The notes: generated from the letters alone by a model not told the origin. Counted from the stretch's first letter, positions 39,251-52,761 are shown. The stretch: DNA of 64,000 bases from Octopus sinensis (GCF_006345805.1 NC_043017.1:23126001-23190000), one strand, 5' to 3'. Numbers and translations are program-made.

Positions 39251-41319
39251 ATATATTGTGGTTGTATGGTTGTATGGTTGTAGTATTGGTGGTTTATGGT
39301 GTAGTGTTGCCGATGGTTGCGACAATGGTTAGTGGTGATACTATGCCTGATACCAGTCAATGTTGTTTATGTTGTGTTTAACCCTGATCAAACTTATACC
39401 AGCTGTGATTATCTCGTCTTCTTCCTAAATGCGGGATACCAAATGCCAAATTATGTAACGTGTTCATTTCTAACACAGTGGGGTAAAAATTTAAGGAGGT
39501 TTGGTTAAAGGGACCAAGTAGAGGCTTCTTCGCTAACTCGGTCAGTGAACATTTAAGGCTGAGGTGTGAGATGGGGTAACAGAATCAGTGAAGCTACTCA
39601 TACATATTAACCATACATAATACACACATGCATAACACACACACACACACACACACATAACACACGCACACACACATAACACACACACACGCACACCCTT
39701 CCCCGTCACTGTCTCTGTCGTTCTCCCTTTTTCTCTTTCTTTATCTGTCAGTGATATTCTATTGATCTTTTTTTGTCCCTTTAACTCTATCACTCACGCT
39801 CTAGACCTACGTCTCCAGCTATCTACCTACATACCTACTCACCTACTTCACTCCCAACCTCCCTCCTTTACACGCACACGCGCGCACGCAAACACACACA
39901 CAACTACTTTTTCTTTGTCCTCTCACTTTTTGTATCTTGTCCATCTGTCACACTACAATAACAATAGACAAAGAGAAGCAATGCTATTTAGTCTCAAGTC
40001 AGCCCTGATCAAGCAGATATATGAACAAAGGTGCTTCAGCCAAGATCATCCCATCTTTTTTTTCTTCGGACATAGTATATCTAGGACTACATCGTCTAAT
40101 GTGCCCTTATCTTTTAAGATGGTAGGATGTACTTTGAAGGAGGTTTAGCTCCTGTTTCTTGCACACAGATCTCTCGTTGGTCGGAGCCTCCTGTTGTTCA
40201 GAAGACAATGAAAGACAGTCCAGTTGTGACACTTCTGTCTACCTGCATACCCAGGACTACATTGTCCAGTATCTCGCCTCTGTTTTTTAAGAAGATAGAA
40301 TATGATTTAAAGAAATCTGGCTACTTATTCTGGTAGATCGAGTAACCACGTAGAAACACAGACTTTATTATTGTTGTTTAGTCATAAGCAAACTTATGAT
40401 CAAAAGCATTCCAGTCGTGACCATCCCACTTCTTATAAATAGGATATCCAGAAACACATTATCCAAATGTATCCTGAAGATGATATGGTGTGATTTGAGA
40501 AAATTTGGTTTCTATTTCTAGCAGATCGAGCAGATGCTCTTCGTTGCGGATAGACTAGGCGCACTGAAAAGTCTTAATACCACTGGTCACTAGACAATAT
40601 AATTTGTGGAGGGATAACGATTAAATCAAGATCAATATCTGGTTATTGTTTGTTTTTTTGTTTGTTTGTTTTTCTTTTTAGTATTTCTTTTAACGTGAGA
40701 TGAGGGGGAAAATGAAGTCAATTCCTATAGAATTTGAACACTTTTTATATCGCTTAGTTTGGAGGTGAAAATTGGCCCTGATCTTTTCTGAGCCACCGAG
40801 ATTGGTCGGCAGAAGAAAGTATCTTCAAGCAGGAAACCTAGTCTAAATGCTTGAAACAGCGAAAGACCAGGTGCTTGGCGATGAAGCGAGCGACTGATAA
40901 GTTTATCTCTCAAGTAATCCAGGGTGTGATTTAACTCAAAACATTGAAAAACAACAACAACAACGCATCACGTCCGATTCTCTAGTGATTCAACCAGTCT
41001 ACCGTGACGTTCTGAGTTCAAATTCCACCGAGGTCGACTTTGCCTTTTATCCTTTCGGGGTCGATAAATTAAGTACCACTTACGCACTGGGTTCGATGTA
41101 ATCGACTTAATCCATTTGTCTGTCCTTGTTTGTCCTCTCCGTGTTTAGCCCCTTGTGGGTAGTAAAGAAATAGGTATTTTATATGTCGACTCTTGAAGGA
41201 TGCAAGTGAAACTGACTTTTGTAGGGTTTGAACTCAGAAAAACAGAGCCAGAATAAATATCACAAGGCATTTCGTCCGAGGCTGTAACGACTGTGCTCAA
41301 TTCATCGCCTATTTTCTAT

Positions 41320-41552
41320 AGGCGGCGAGCTGGCAGAAACGTTAGCACGTCGGGCGAAATGCTTAGCGGTATTTCGTCTGCCGTTACGTTGAGAGTTCAA
41401 ATTCCGCCGAGGTCGACTTTGCCTTTCATCCTTTGGGGGTCGATAAATTAAGTACCAATAACGCACTGGGGTCGATGTAATCGATTTGGTCCCTTTTTCT
41501 GTCCTTGTTTGTCTCCTCTATGTTTAGCCCCTTGTGGGTAATAAAGAAATAT
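41320..41552 (+). mobile_element. tRNA-derived SINE family A (gtcgactttgcctttcatcctttcggggtcgataaattaagtaccag core)
   Basis: B box gagttcaaattcc; many further copies, e.g. 58-251(-), 6436-6633, 27160-27365, 29047-29240(-), 31628-31840, 36972-37202(-), 37606-37743, 41006-41178, 47803-48002(-). Confidence 0.88.
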
Positions 41553-41803
41553 ATTTTCTATAGCTACCTACTTTCTCTTACACACACACACACACACACA
41601 TACACCCTTTTCTTTGTCCTCGCACTTTTCCCGTGTCAGTCCATCTGTCCCATCACAATAACAATAGACAAAGAGAGGCAATGTTGTTAATTTAATGCCA
41701 CATCATGAAGTGACGTCAACTAAATAGCCCCACACTACCGATTTTGCTACTTCACTGCCCTTCAGATGGGTATAAATACTGATAAAGTAAATAATAACCG
41801 TGA

Positions 41804-41847
<44 letters not shown>

Positions 41848-41849
41848 TA

Positions 41850-42185
41850 TTATTATTAGATAAAAAACTTAGATATGTTTCGACCAAAGATTGGTCCAGG
41901 CCATGTCTAACTTAATAGCACCACCTGATAGGATTATCTAAACCCTGTTTAAGTCAAGTTTTGTTTATGGTCCATTCAAGTAGAGAGTTTTTGTTGGGTG
42001 AGTTGTATCCAATTATGGGTGGCTTATCTGGTATTCCTTGAAGGAATCTATCCAGACTCCGTTTAAAGTTGATGGGATCCTTTTCCTCTTTGATCTCTTT
42101 CGGGACAATGTTAAATAGGGCAGGGCCTGTTGAGGAAAATAAATTATGTTGCAGTGTACATGTATGCTGTGATCTTGAATTGGGC
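41850..42185 (-). mobile_element. CR1/L2-group LINE 3' end
   Basis: GPALFNIVPKEIKEEKDPINFKRSLDRFLQGIPDKPP..YNSPNKNSLLEW, followed by an (AAT)n tail. Confidence 0.7.
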
Positions 42186-42726
42186 AGGGGACGTATGGCC
42201 CGTGGTCGGCAGAATCGTCAAAGAGTCGATGTCGACAAACCGCATTGCGATATTTGTTCTGGTTCTTAATATTATGTATTCAAAATGTAAGACAAGAGTT
42301 CTGGCAGAATCGTTAGCATGCTGGGCATTCAAATTCCGCACTGGGGACGATGTAATATACTCACCCGCTCCCCAAAACTGCTGGCCCTGTGCAAAAATTT
42401 GAAACCAATACTATGCATTCAAATCCTGCCGTGGTCAATTTTCATCCCTTCTGAGTGATAAAATAAATATATTAGCGAAGTAGTGGGATCGATGTAAATG
42501 ACTAACCCCTTCCTCTAAATACTACTGACCTTGCGCCTAAATTTGTAACAGTTGTTGTTGTCTGACCCCGGATCAACCCTGATCGAGCTAACTCATAATC
42601 AAAGCGTGTCAGCCTCGACCATATGGATGATATTATTTGATGTCCTTAAAGAAAGGGTAAGGTGTGATTTGAGCCTTAGCTTCTATTTGTAGCAAGTCGA
42701 ACTCCGACAAATTTGCTTCCGGGTGA

Positions 42727-42764
<38 letters not shown>

Positions 42765-42769
42765 AATTT

Positions 42770-43230
42770 ACACCCGCAATGCTGTGATACTACCTGAAGA
42801 ATAAACGCAACTATCCCTCTCCTGGTCTTGATGGTATTACGTATCTGCTTCTCAAACGTGGCAGGTTCTTTCTTTTGCGCCAGCTTTCATTCTTTTTTTC
42901 AATTCTGCCTTAATAACTGTGTCACTCTAGAGCAGTGGAAAATTACCAATGTTATTCCCCCTATTTAAAAAGGGCGATCACACATCACCTGTCAACTACC
43001 GCCCAGTCAGCGTGTATCTCGTCCTGTGTCAAAGAAATACTCTGAAACTTCCGGAGCTCTCACAGCCTCATTCGACCCTCGTATTTTTATGCCAACATTA
43101 GCTGAATAATAAAGATATGAAACAGAAATATGAAATATAAAAGCGATTCTAGGACATCATTCTTCACTCCATTAGATGGCAGCTGATGTACCACAGAGAT
43201 CCGTTCTTGAACACCTACTGTTTGTTGCAG
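42770..43230 (+). mobile_element. Degraded LINE reverse transcriptase fragment
   Basis: SPGLDGITYLLLK..QWKITNVIP..KGD..PVNYRPVS; later VPQRSVL..LLF. Confidence 0.7.
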
Positions 43231-43293
43231 ACAACGAAATTAACCTATGATCATAAAAATCTTTAGGCACTCTACAATCACGAAACGGCGATA

Positions 43294-43806
43294 TCTATAT
43301 ATATAAAACTGTAGTTGTGTGAGTGTCTGTCCCCTTCGATTTAGATTCCTAACTACTCCCACATTTTGCGGTGCAGTTTAACCAAATTCGGGTATCTTAT
43401 AGTCGTGATTCATATCGAGCCCTTCTGGCTATTAGCGCGCGTCTACGATGAGTCTACGATTTTAAAAATAATTTAACATCATTTTTTATTCCATTTTAAT
43501 GCATAATTTTTCGTGTGTCGATGGCGGCGGAGTTGGCGTCCATGGTCACACCTGCACCTGTTTGCTTCTCCCCCTTCTTCCCTCCCTCGTGAAGCGGTGG
43601 GGAAGGGAGTGTAAGGAATTCAACGTCGTAAAGCGTTGTCAAGGAGACCAGCGTTCTTTTAGAACAACGACTTCATGGCTTGAAGATACCAAAACAGAAA
43701 TGGCTAAGAAAGCCCGAATTGGCATCTATAAGGGAAGTAACTCTCTAAAATTGCTTATATAGTTATTTCCCTTACAAACCCGAGCAACGCCGGGCGATAC
43801 TGCTAG
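43294..43806 (+). mobile_element. Non-autonomous Helitron, same subfamily as 745-1257
   Basis: A|TC...CTAG|T; same length and sequence with a few substitutions. Confidence 0.85.
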
Positions 43807-44399
43807 TCTTATCTAAATTGTGTAAATATCCGGATAAGATTTTTTTCTGATCGTATACTGCTCAAACTTGCTTACTTACACTTGTCCATCGAATTTTATG
43901 GTGTCCGTTTGTGAACCCTTTGTCAAATGTACAGCACAGTCCTTGATGTTAGTTTCGCTCTCAGATGGAACATGTAAATAGAGGGGCTGGACGAATATAC
44001 GGTTCGGCAAAAGAGACCGATGGAATAAGTACTGGGCTTACAAAGAATAAGTCCCGAGGTCGAGTTGCTCGATTAAAAGGTGCTGCTCCAGCATGGCCGC
44101 AGTCAAATGACTGAAACAAGTAAAAGAGTAAAGAGAGTATCGTTGCGTCATAATAGAAACATTTTTTTAAAAAATGGGAAAGCATTAACTTCATATTTCT
44201 CAATTTAAACGATATATCAGTATTAATAGAAAAAAAATACGCTTATTAAATGACGTCATAAAGGAATATTTCTCTCTTAAAAAGACTGGAACGAACATTT
44301 CTAAAATGCCAGGAAACGAATTTATGAGTGACGAAGAAAGCAGAAAAAATGTGAGAGATAAATGATATTGAGTAACGAATATACATTTATTATGAGTAA

Positions 44400-44791
44400 C
44401 TAGCAGTATCACCCGGCGTTGCTCGGGTTTGTAAGGGAAATAACTATATAAGCATTTTTAGAGAGTTATAGCCAAAAAATAGCAAAAAATGCATTAAAAA
44501 TGGAAAAAAAAATGATGGTAAATTTTTTTTTAAATCGTTGACTCATCGTAGACATTTTTAGAGAGTTACTTCCCTTATATAATACCGAAAAAACTGCATT
44601 AAAATGGAAAAAAATGATGGTAAATTATTTTTAAAATCGTAGACGCGCGCTAATACCCAGAAAGGCTCGATATGAATCACGACTATAAGATACCCGAATT
44701 TGGTTAAACTGCACCGCAAAATGTGGGAGTAGTTAGGAATCTAAATCGTAGGAGACAGACACTCACACAACTTCACTTTTATATATATAGA
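44400..44791 (-). mobile_element. Non-autonomous Helitron, related subfamily with different interior
   Basis: Same 5' ~200 nt and 3' hairpin/CTAG end; A|T insertion site. Confidence 0.85.
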
Positions 44792-45086
44792 TTAGCATTG
44801 CAATTAAAATACAACAGCTAGAGCTAGTAGTCGAGTCGGTGACACCACTCGATATATTGAAAATATTAAATCATATCGATTTCTCACTTCGTCCCTTAGT
44901 TGACAATTTGTAGAGAAGTACTGTAGAATGACGATTGGTATTTATATTAACGATTGATGGAAACGTCCAATCAACCTTAGTGAGAATTGAACTTAGAGAG
45001 GTGAGGGACATAAAAGTCAGGTGTTCTTTACTTTTGATATTAAAAATTGTAATTGATTTCATTTATTTATAGCATAATCTTTATTC

Positions 45087-45482
45087 GTGGAGGCGCAATG
45101 GCCCAGTGGTTAGGGCAGTGGACTCGCGGTCATAGGATCGCGGTTTCGATTCCCAGACCGGGCGTTGTGAGTGTTTATTGAGCGAAAACACCCTAAAAAA
45201 GCTCCACGAGGCTCCGGCAGCGGATGGTGGTGATCCCTGCTGTACTCTTTCACCACAACTTTCTCTCACTCTTACTTCCTGTTTCTGTTGTACCTGTATT
45301 TCAAGGGGCCGGCCTTGTCACGCTCTGTGTCACGCTGAATATCCCCGAGAACTACGTTAAGGGTACACGTGTCTGTGGAGTGCTCAGCCACTTACACGTT
45401 AATTTCACGAGCAGGCTGTTCCGTTGATTCGGATCAACCGGAACCCTCGTCGTCGTAACCGACGGAGTGCTTCCTTCCATCC
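45087..45482 (+). mobile_element. tRNA-derived SINE family C, full length
   Basis: A box tggcccagtgg, B box ggtttcgattccc; TSD atctttattc(gtgg); (TTCCA)-type tail. Confidence 0.88.
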
Positions 45483-46044
45483 ATCTTTATTCGTGGGATT
45501 ATTTACCAAGATGCAATTCTTTTGGGGCAGAAGGAGCTGTTTATAACTAACGTGCCACAAATAGATAATAGGGATCAGAACAAAATAAGCAGAATATCGG
45601 AATAAACAATCCTTGCACCATTTAATTACGTCTCTTTTCCCTTCTGAGTTCAAGTCAATTTTATTTTACACCCCTCAACGGTTGGTGAAATTGGTACAAT
45701 TAATGTACAACTGAAGCCTAGTACAACGTTATCCCCAAAAGTGTGATCTGTATCAATGTAAGAAATTACTATTGATAAATATAAAGGGCATTTACTGACA
45801 ATGATCGTAGAGGCTATAAGGTATTGGTGTCTTGTCAATTGACAAACGGACAACATCACTTCAAACTTTGCAGTCTGCTAATGTTACAAACTATTTATAT
45901 CAAGGTGGACTAAAATGGATGACAAACAGTAAAACCGCACAAAATGCCAGGCAGTATTTAATTATATGGAGTACTCCGATCGATTTCTAAAATGTTAATT
46001 CACCTAACATGCACGTGACGGGCGCGCACACACACTTGTCTGCA

Positions 46045-46310
46045 TGTGTATGTATGTATGTATGTACGTATGTATGTATGTATTATGTATGTATGTATGT
46101 ATGTACGTACGTATGTATGTATGTATGTATGTATGTATGTATGTATGTATGTATGTATGTATGTATGTATGTATGTATGTATGTATGTATGTACGTACGT
46201 ATGTATGTATGTATGTATGTATGTATGTATGTATGTATGTATGTATGTATGTATGTACGTACGTACGTATGTATGTATGTATGTACGTATGTATATATGT
46301 ATGCATGTAT
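46045..46310. repeat. (TATG)n microsatellite
   Basis: Directly visible. Confidence 0.95.
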
Positions 46311-46972
46311 ATCAAGTGTGTATATAAGACGTAGATATACACAGATTGTGATTAAGAATTTGATTCGATCTCACTACGTTACAACTCAGGTAAGTATCTT
46401 CTACTATAAACTCGGGTTACCAATACCGCGTGAATGGAATCTGGTCGACGGAAACAGCGAAAGCTTATCCTGTCCTGTAAGTCTATCTAATCTATCTACT
46501 TGTCTGTTGATCGATCAATCATTCTATCGGCTTGTCTGTCGATCGATCAATCGTTCTTTATCTCTGTCTGTCTATCTGTCTGAGTTGGCTCTAGTGTAAA
46601 TTTCGCCAGCTCTTATAACTCTGGGCCAGACTTTCTAGAATCTCGGAAAAATAATTTATTGGGAAGTTTATATAACCTCTCATTAATGTTTGCTGCCGCT
46701 AATTGTTACTTTCCAGCCAATGCTGATTGGTTGGTAAACATTTATATGGGTGTCCGTTCGCTCAAGGAAGCAGTCATGCTTTTTATGGTGATATAATTAG
46801 GCTGCGGTTCCTAGCTGGAAATCCTAGCGAAGTGGTTCGAATTAAGGCAGAGTCCTGCTACAATATTTATAGCAGTAAATTCGATGTGATTCGTTATATT
46901 TAAATGTATCGAGTAAATAATAGGTTAGCTGCACAAAAATATTTCTTGTATATATTGTTAACTTACAGTAGT

Positions 46973-47356
46973 GGAAGCACTCCGTCGGTTACGACGATGA
47001 GGGTTCCGGTTGATCCGAATCAACGGAACAGCCTGCTCGTGAAATTAACGAGTAAGTGGCTGAGCACTCCACAGACACGTGTACCCTTAACGTAGTTCTC
47101 GGGGATATTCAGCGTGACACAGAGAGTGACAAGGCCGGCCCTTTGAAATACAGGTACAACAGAAACAGGAAGTAAGAGTGAGAGAAAGTTGTGGTGAAAG
47201 AGTACAGCAGGGATCACCACCATCCCCTGCCGGAGCCTCGTGGAGCTTTAGGTGTTTTCGCTCAATAAACACTCACAACGCCCGGTCTGGGAATCGAAAC
47301 CGCGATCCTATGACCGCGAGTTCGCTGCCCTAACCACTGGGCCATTGCGCCTCCAC
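46973..47356 (-). mobile_element. tRNA-derived SINE family C, full length
   Basis: 12-bp TSD acttacagtagt at 46961-46972 and 47357-47368. Confidence 0.9.
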
Positions 47357-48225
47357 ACTTACAGTAGTACACTTAGTACCAATGATAATACGCTCCACCT
47401 CTCTTCAAATTCTTCTGAGGCGACTCTATCTTCGTTGATGACACTGGCTGAGTGGACAAAAGGTTATGTTGAAATGTATTTTTACTCACCATAGCTACAT
47501 TTTTTTTGCAACTTTTCATAGTTACGTTTGTAGATATATATATATGTGACAATTTTAAGTTTACATACATCATAACCAGTGGTAAGATCGATCTTTTACC
47601 TGACTATAACTTAAGGATGAACCAAGAAACATTCATATTCCGCTATTCTTATAGTTGTTTAAGTTATTGGATTGTGGTTATTTTGGAGTGCATCCTTCAA
47701 GATAATAATCGCTTATATTGACTCCATTGTTTTGATTGGTAGTTATTTTATCAGTAAAAAGAAAAAGACATTCGAAAGTAGAGGAACGTAACGAAATAAT
47801 AGTTTCAAATTTGGGCACAAGGCCAGCAATTTTGGGAGAGGGGTAAGTCGATTGCATCGACCTCAGTACTCCACTGGTACTTATTCGCGAAAGGATGAAA
47901 GGTAAAGTCGACCTCGGTGGAATTTGAACTTAGGACCTGAAGACATGAAATGCCGATAAGCATTTCGCCCGGCGTGTTTACGATTCTGCCAGATCGTCGC
48001 CTTAATGTAACTAAATAACGCAAGGTATTCTTGTTTGATGCTCCACCGATTCGGATTTTCCCACAAATAAATAAATAAATAAATAAATATATAAATATTA
48101 AAAACATATATTTCGAAACTAAACATGTTTAAAGGTTCGGCAGTTTTAAAGGTGTTCCAATTTTTTTTTTATATCAAGTGTATGAATGTGCATGTGTTTG
48201 AATGCATGTCACACACACACATAGA

Positions 48226-48267
<42 letters not shown>

Positions 48268-48953
48268 TGGTATCGAGTCATTCAACGATAACCGCTCCTT
48301 AACATAGGTGCTTTAAACAATGCAAGAGAAAAACGAGCTATCGATTCCTCAACATATTTGACGACCAACGTAGCCATCCGCCCACGCATACATTGAACTA
48401 TTATTCACCACCGATGAGTTACCACCACTATCACTAACACACCCACCACCACCACCATCGCTGCCGCCTTAACTACCACAACCATCATCATCACTACAGT
48501 TCTATTTGTCAACCGGAACAATCTAGTCATCAGAGCACATACATATCGTAATTACTTGTCTGAGTCAGTCATAATGTGTGTACAACATTATGCTTCTAAA
48601 TCATTCGGAACTCCCTATGTTGGGCGTTTCTATCACTGAGATTTAATTGTATTGTTTATAAGCATTCTTTGTCTGGCTGCTTGCTGCGCTTTCAAAATAT
48701 TCCTCTATTCACTCAACCCTGTTCGTGGCCTCCATTTTTGATTCAACGCTATGATCAATAAACTACCTCTTGATCTAATATCCCGTTTCGTAGTAATGGA
48801 AAGAATGCGACGATTATTACTCAGTTGGCTATAAAGCATATCATATTTCAAAAGTATATATGTATAATGTAAATATGTGTACGTCCCCCCACACATGTAT
48901 GTATGTGCGCACACACACATTCACACACACACATTCACACACACACACACACA

Positions 48954-49025
<72 letters not shown>

Positions 49026-49367
49026 CACGTTCAGCTTGAAAAACTTGGGCAACAAGGGAATATCTGCAGGTTTACGTTCTGGAGAAGGGAGAAGTGGGTT
49101 ATGTAATTGGTACCAAGTCTTAGAATTGAAATACAACTGTATCTATGACGAGGAGTGGAGAGACACAAAACTAGCTTGCTCAGAGGGAAAAGAGGCCATT
49201 GAATAAATGGAGTGAGTAGACAACATTTGTGAGATAGAGATTTTTATGCATTGGTGAGTGAATTTTACTAATCAGTCAGCGTTACTTTGGAAGTAGTCAA
49301 TGATGTATATATATATATAAATATATATATATATGATAAACGAATGACAACAGATGGATTGTTGTTC

Positions 49368-49458
49368 ATTCACTACAGCTGTTTCAGACGTGCTTTTTTT
49401 TATATTGGTGACTAGAATTACATCATGCAGAAAAAAACCCCGTTTTCATCAGGTGAAT
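49368..49458 (-). ncRNA. Type I hammerhead ribozyme motif (Penelope-like element type)
   Basis: Minus strand: AUUCAC-CUGAUGA-[stem II aaacg..U7 / A8..cgucu]-GAAA-CAGCUG-UA-GUGAAU. Six-bp stem I, palindromic stem III, GUA cleavage triplet. Confidence 0.7.
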
Positions 49459-49596
49459 ATATGTACAAATTGAACATTTCAAAACATTTTAAGATATGAA
49501 GTTCACCAGAGAGTCATGAAATGGCACCTACTTGGATTTTAAAATGTTTTGAAAAATTTAATTCGTACACATATCCACCTGATGAAAACGGTTTTT
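49434..49596. repeat. Imperfect inverted repeat with ~60 bp arms
   Basis: aaaaccccgttttcatcaggtgaatat...cattttaa versus ttaaaatg...atatccacctgatgaaaacggttttt. Confidence 0.8.
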
Positions 49597-49699
49597 GAAA
49601 TAATTTTATTCATCAATTAAAAAATAGCTTTAGTGAGTGAACCACAGTCCATCCGTTGTTATCTGCTTATTATTCACCTTACTCGAAACCTGCATTTAG

Positions 49700-50330
49700 C
49701 GTGGATCTGGGGTCTATTGAATGCAATGTATCTACCTATGTACAGTCAGTTGCCAGACGTCGGCGCTTTAATGTGTCCATGCCCAGGGAGGCAAGACGTT
49801 CAGACGGCGGGTATTCGTTTCGTTGCACGTTTCAGAACAGTTTCCAGGAGACTGATATGATGAGCAAGATAGGGGTTCCGGACTGGTGATGCAAACTCTA
49901 AGTGTGAATGTACCATAGGCATATACATCTTTAAATAGATAGTGAAGAGCAGCTAACCAAGGTCTTACTAAGTGATGTCAATACACCCTCGGCACCCTCA
50001 GCATTCTTGACAATCTTAGAGATGTGGTTTGTCCAACGTAGATCATTGTTTACAATGATACCCAAGTCATGTTCGCTAACTGACCTTTTAAAACTGGTGT
50101 TGTTGAGAGAGTATGTAAAGCTGGGTTTTTCATCCTAAAGCGCATGGTGACGCACTTGTCCACAGCTAGCTTGAGTTGCCAGTCAGTAATCCATTTCTGC
50201 ACTATGTCCAGGTCTGATTGCAGGAATGATCTATAGCGTGAAGAATGTTCTTTTTATCTCAGCTTGATGTCATCAGCATATTTCAACACTGTAACATTCT
50301 TCAAGTTGGCATCTATGTCATTGGCATCTA
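49700..50330 (-). mobile_element. CR1-like LINE RT C-terminal fragment
   Basis: VLKYADDIKL..LQSDLDIVQKWITDWQLKLAVDKC..EHDLGIIVNNDLRWTNHI. Confidence 0.8.
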
Positions 50331-50561
50331 GTTGGCATCTATGTAACCCTTCGCGTAATGCCTCTTCTCTCGCTTCGCTTGGGTTTTAATGTAGTCCATT
50401 TCTCGGACACATAGACTGCCTGATAGACAAATTCTTGGTTTATACACTATTTTTGTCATCCACTTAAATCCACCTTTGTAATAGTATTTTCTAACATAGG
50501 CTGTGTCCACAATTTTTTTTTTTTTTTTTTGGCAGGGTAGTCTATTGACTTGACACCAGTA

Positions 50562-51865
50562 GAGGAGACCGGGTCTAGTTGTTACACGGGTAAATTGTTA
50601 CAAGCCCATTGTTTCCAACTTCAAGAAATAGGTGGCACCCGGGTCTCTAACTCGTGAAGGCCAACTCCATAGCATCATGACTGTACATGTGTATTGCACT
50701 AGCGGACTGTCACCAGAAAAGATATTACTCAAAAAATGATTTTTTACTCCAAAAGTGAAATTTTGTCACAAAGTTATTTCCTTAACTACTAAAGCAAAAG
50801 TGGTGTCACTGAAGTAGTTTGTGGCTCATCAGGAAGTGTTGGAAGTTACCTTCGATACATGAAGGTGTGACCTGGATGCCATGCATTGCTGGTGCTATGT
50901 ACGAGATAATCCCCAGAAATCCATGGTCGGGGCTAATTGCTACAGTGTATCAACTTACTCCAGGCATGTAACAACTTACCCCTTCTATTTCAATTTAACA
51001 TGCCATGCCTAGAAATTACAAAAGGAACACTACAAGGGAGGATACCCCACCTGATGTCATGGAAAGAGCCGCCAGAAAAGTTGTGGATGAGAAGAAATCA
51101 TTACGGGATGTTGCTGTAAAACAGTGCATAGTGGACGAAATAAACGAACGGAAATCCAAACCAAAGAAGGCAACTAGTACAGAAAAGGCAACAAAGGGGA
51201 AGGGAAAGTCAACTAAAACAGGTAAAGGCAAAGGGAAGCAGCCTCGCAGCAAGCAAGTCGCCGATTGGAAATGCCTTGTCTGCTCAGATTGGTATTCCAA
51301 TTCCCTTCCAGGTGAAGAATGGGTGCAACGCATGATCTGTAAAGATTGGGTACACACAGACTGTACCGATGGATGACAGAACTTTCTGTGTGATCTGTGT
51401 GGTTGAGAAGTTAATGAGAGGACGATTCCGACTAGATGGCACATGTAACAATGGGAAAATTAGCTGGTGAGGACTCTCAGTATCATAGTTAGGATATGAG
51501 GTGGTTCAAAGCACGGTTAATTAATTAAAATGATACTTCCTAGATGCAAGAAGCAGGAGACGTATTCATTTTAAACTTGTTTGTTAACATAATTCCAAGT
51601 TATCGACAGTTGTAACAAAGTGCCCCATTAAGTGTCACAATGTAACCCGCACTCGGGGAAAATTGTTACAGCTGACACCACCTCATTAATATCTAATTAA
51701 TGTTATGTCTAATTAATGTTATGTAATTTTTGTTTTTTGCTGGTGATAACAATAAATAGAGATGTTTTACTAATTAAATCTGAAAAGAAACTTTAGCTGT
51801 GTTCATTTATGTGGGTGCCAAGGCAAAAAAATTTTTTAAATGTTACAAGTAAACCTGGTCTTCCC
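50562..51865 (+). mobile_element. Internally deleted pogo/Fot-like (Tc1-mariner superfamily) DNA transposon
   Basis: TA TSD at 50560-50561 and 51866-51867; ~25 bp imperfect TIRs; repeated TGTTACA/TGTAACA subterminal motifs; ORF 51005-51376 joins an MPRNYKR psq-type HTH start to a degenerate PHD finger with no DDE domain. Confidence 0.8.
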
Positions 51866-52363
51866 TACTTTGTTTTTCTGATCTTTCTATGGGCCAATTA
51901 AGTCTGTCTGGTGTAGTTTAGCATATTTTCCAGACTGTAGGTGTTGGAAATGAGGCAGCCAAATGTTTCTGTATTAGGAGGGTGTGGTTCGTGGTTGTTG
52001 CGCTACTGGAAAAACTTGAAGAGGAAAGAGGGTGGCACAATATGCAAGTGACCTCCTTCATAAAATGTAATGATCGTTGTGATGATAGTTCATAAGGCTT
52101 CTGGGGTATGCGCGACGAGAATGAGTCTGGAATAAGATAAGTGTATTCCTAGCAGCTAAAATTGTATCTCCATCTCTATTTGCTAAATCAGAAATCTTTC
52201 TGTCGAAAATAAGCAGCTTATCTGGAAGTATAGGAGATAGAGAAGACTAATAATGAAGTTATTCGAGCAGGCATGAGTCTTATGCGAAATCTGTGAAGAG
52301 CCCGAGTGACGCTGGTGACCTGGCGTCGCTTCTGATATATATATATGTATATATATATATATA

Positions 52364-52758
52364 CTAGCAGTATCGCCCGGCGTTGCTCGGGTTTGTAAGG
52401 GAAATAACTATAAAGCATTTTTAGAGAGTTATAGCCAAAAAGTAGCAAAAAAATGCATTAAAAATGGAAAAAAAATGCATGGTAAATTTTTTTTTAAATC
52501 GTTGACTCATCGTAGACATTTTTAGAGAGTTACTTCCCTTATATAATAGCGAAAAAATGCATTAAAATGGAAAAAAATTATGGTAAATTATTTTTTAAAT
52601 CGTAGACTCATCGTAGACGCGCGCTAATACCCAGAAGGGCTCGATATGAATCACGACTATAAGATACCCGGTTTTGGTTAAACTGCACCGCAAAATGTGG
52701 GAGTAGTTAGGAATCTAAATCGTAGGAGACAGACACACAACCTTACTTTTATATATAA

Positions 52759-52761
<3 letters not shown>
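52364..52761 (-). mobile_element. Non-autonomous Helitron (as 44400-44791) inserted in (TA)n
   Basis: TC...CTAG termini on minus strand, flanked by TA repeats. Confidence 0.85.

Noticed and set aside
45087-45160. tRNA-like sequence (also near 25185, 35575, 47285 and 58870)
   Set aside because: SINE heads continuing into SINE bodies, with TSDs in full-length copies; not standalone tRNA genes
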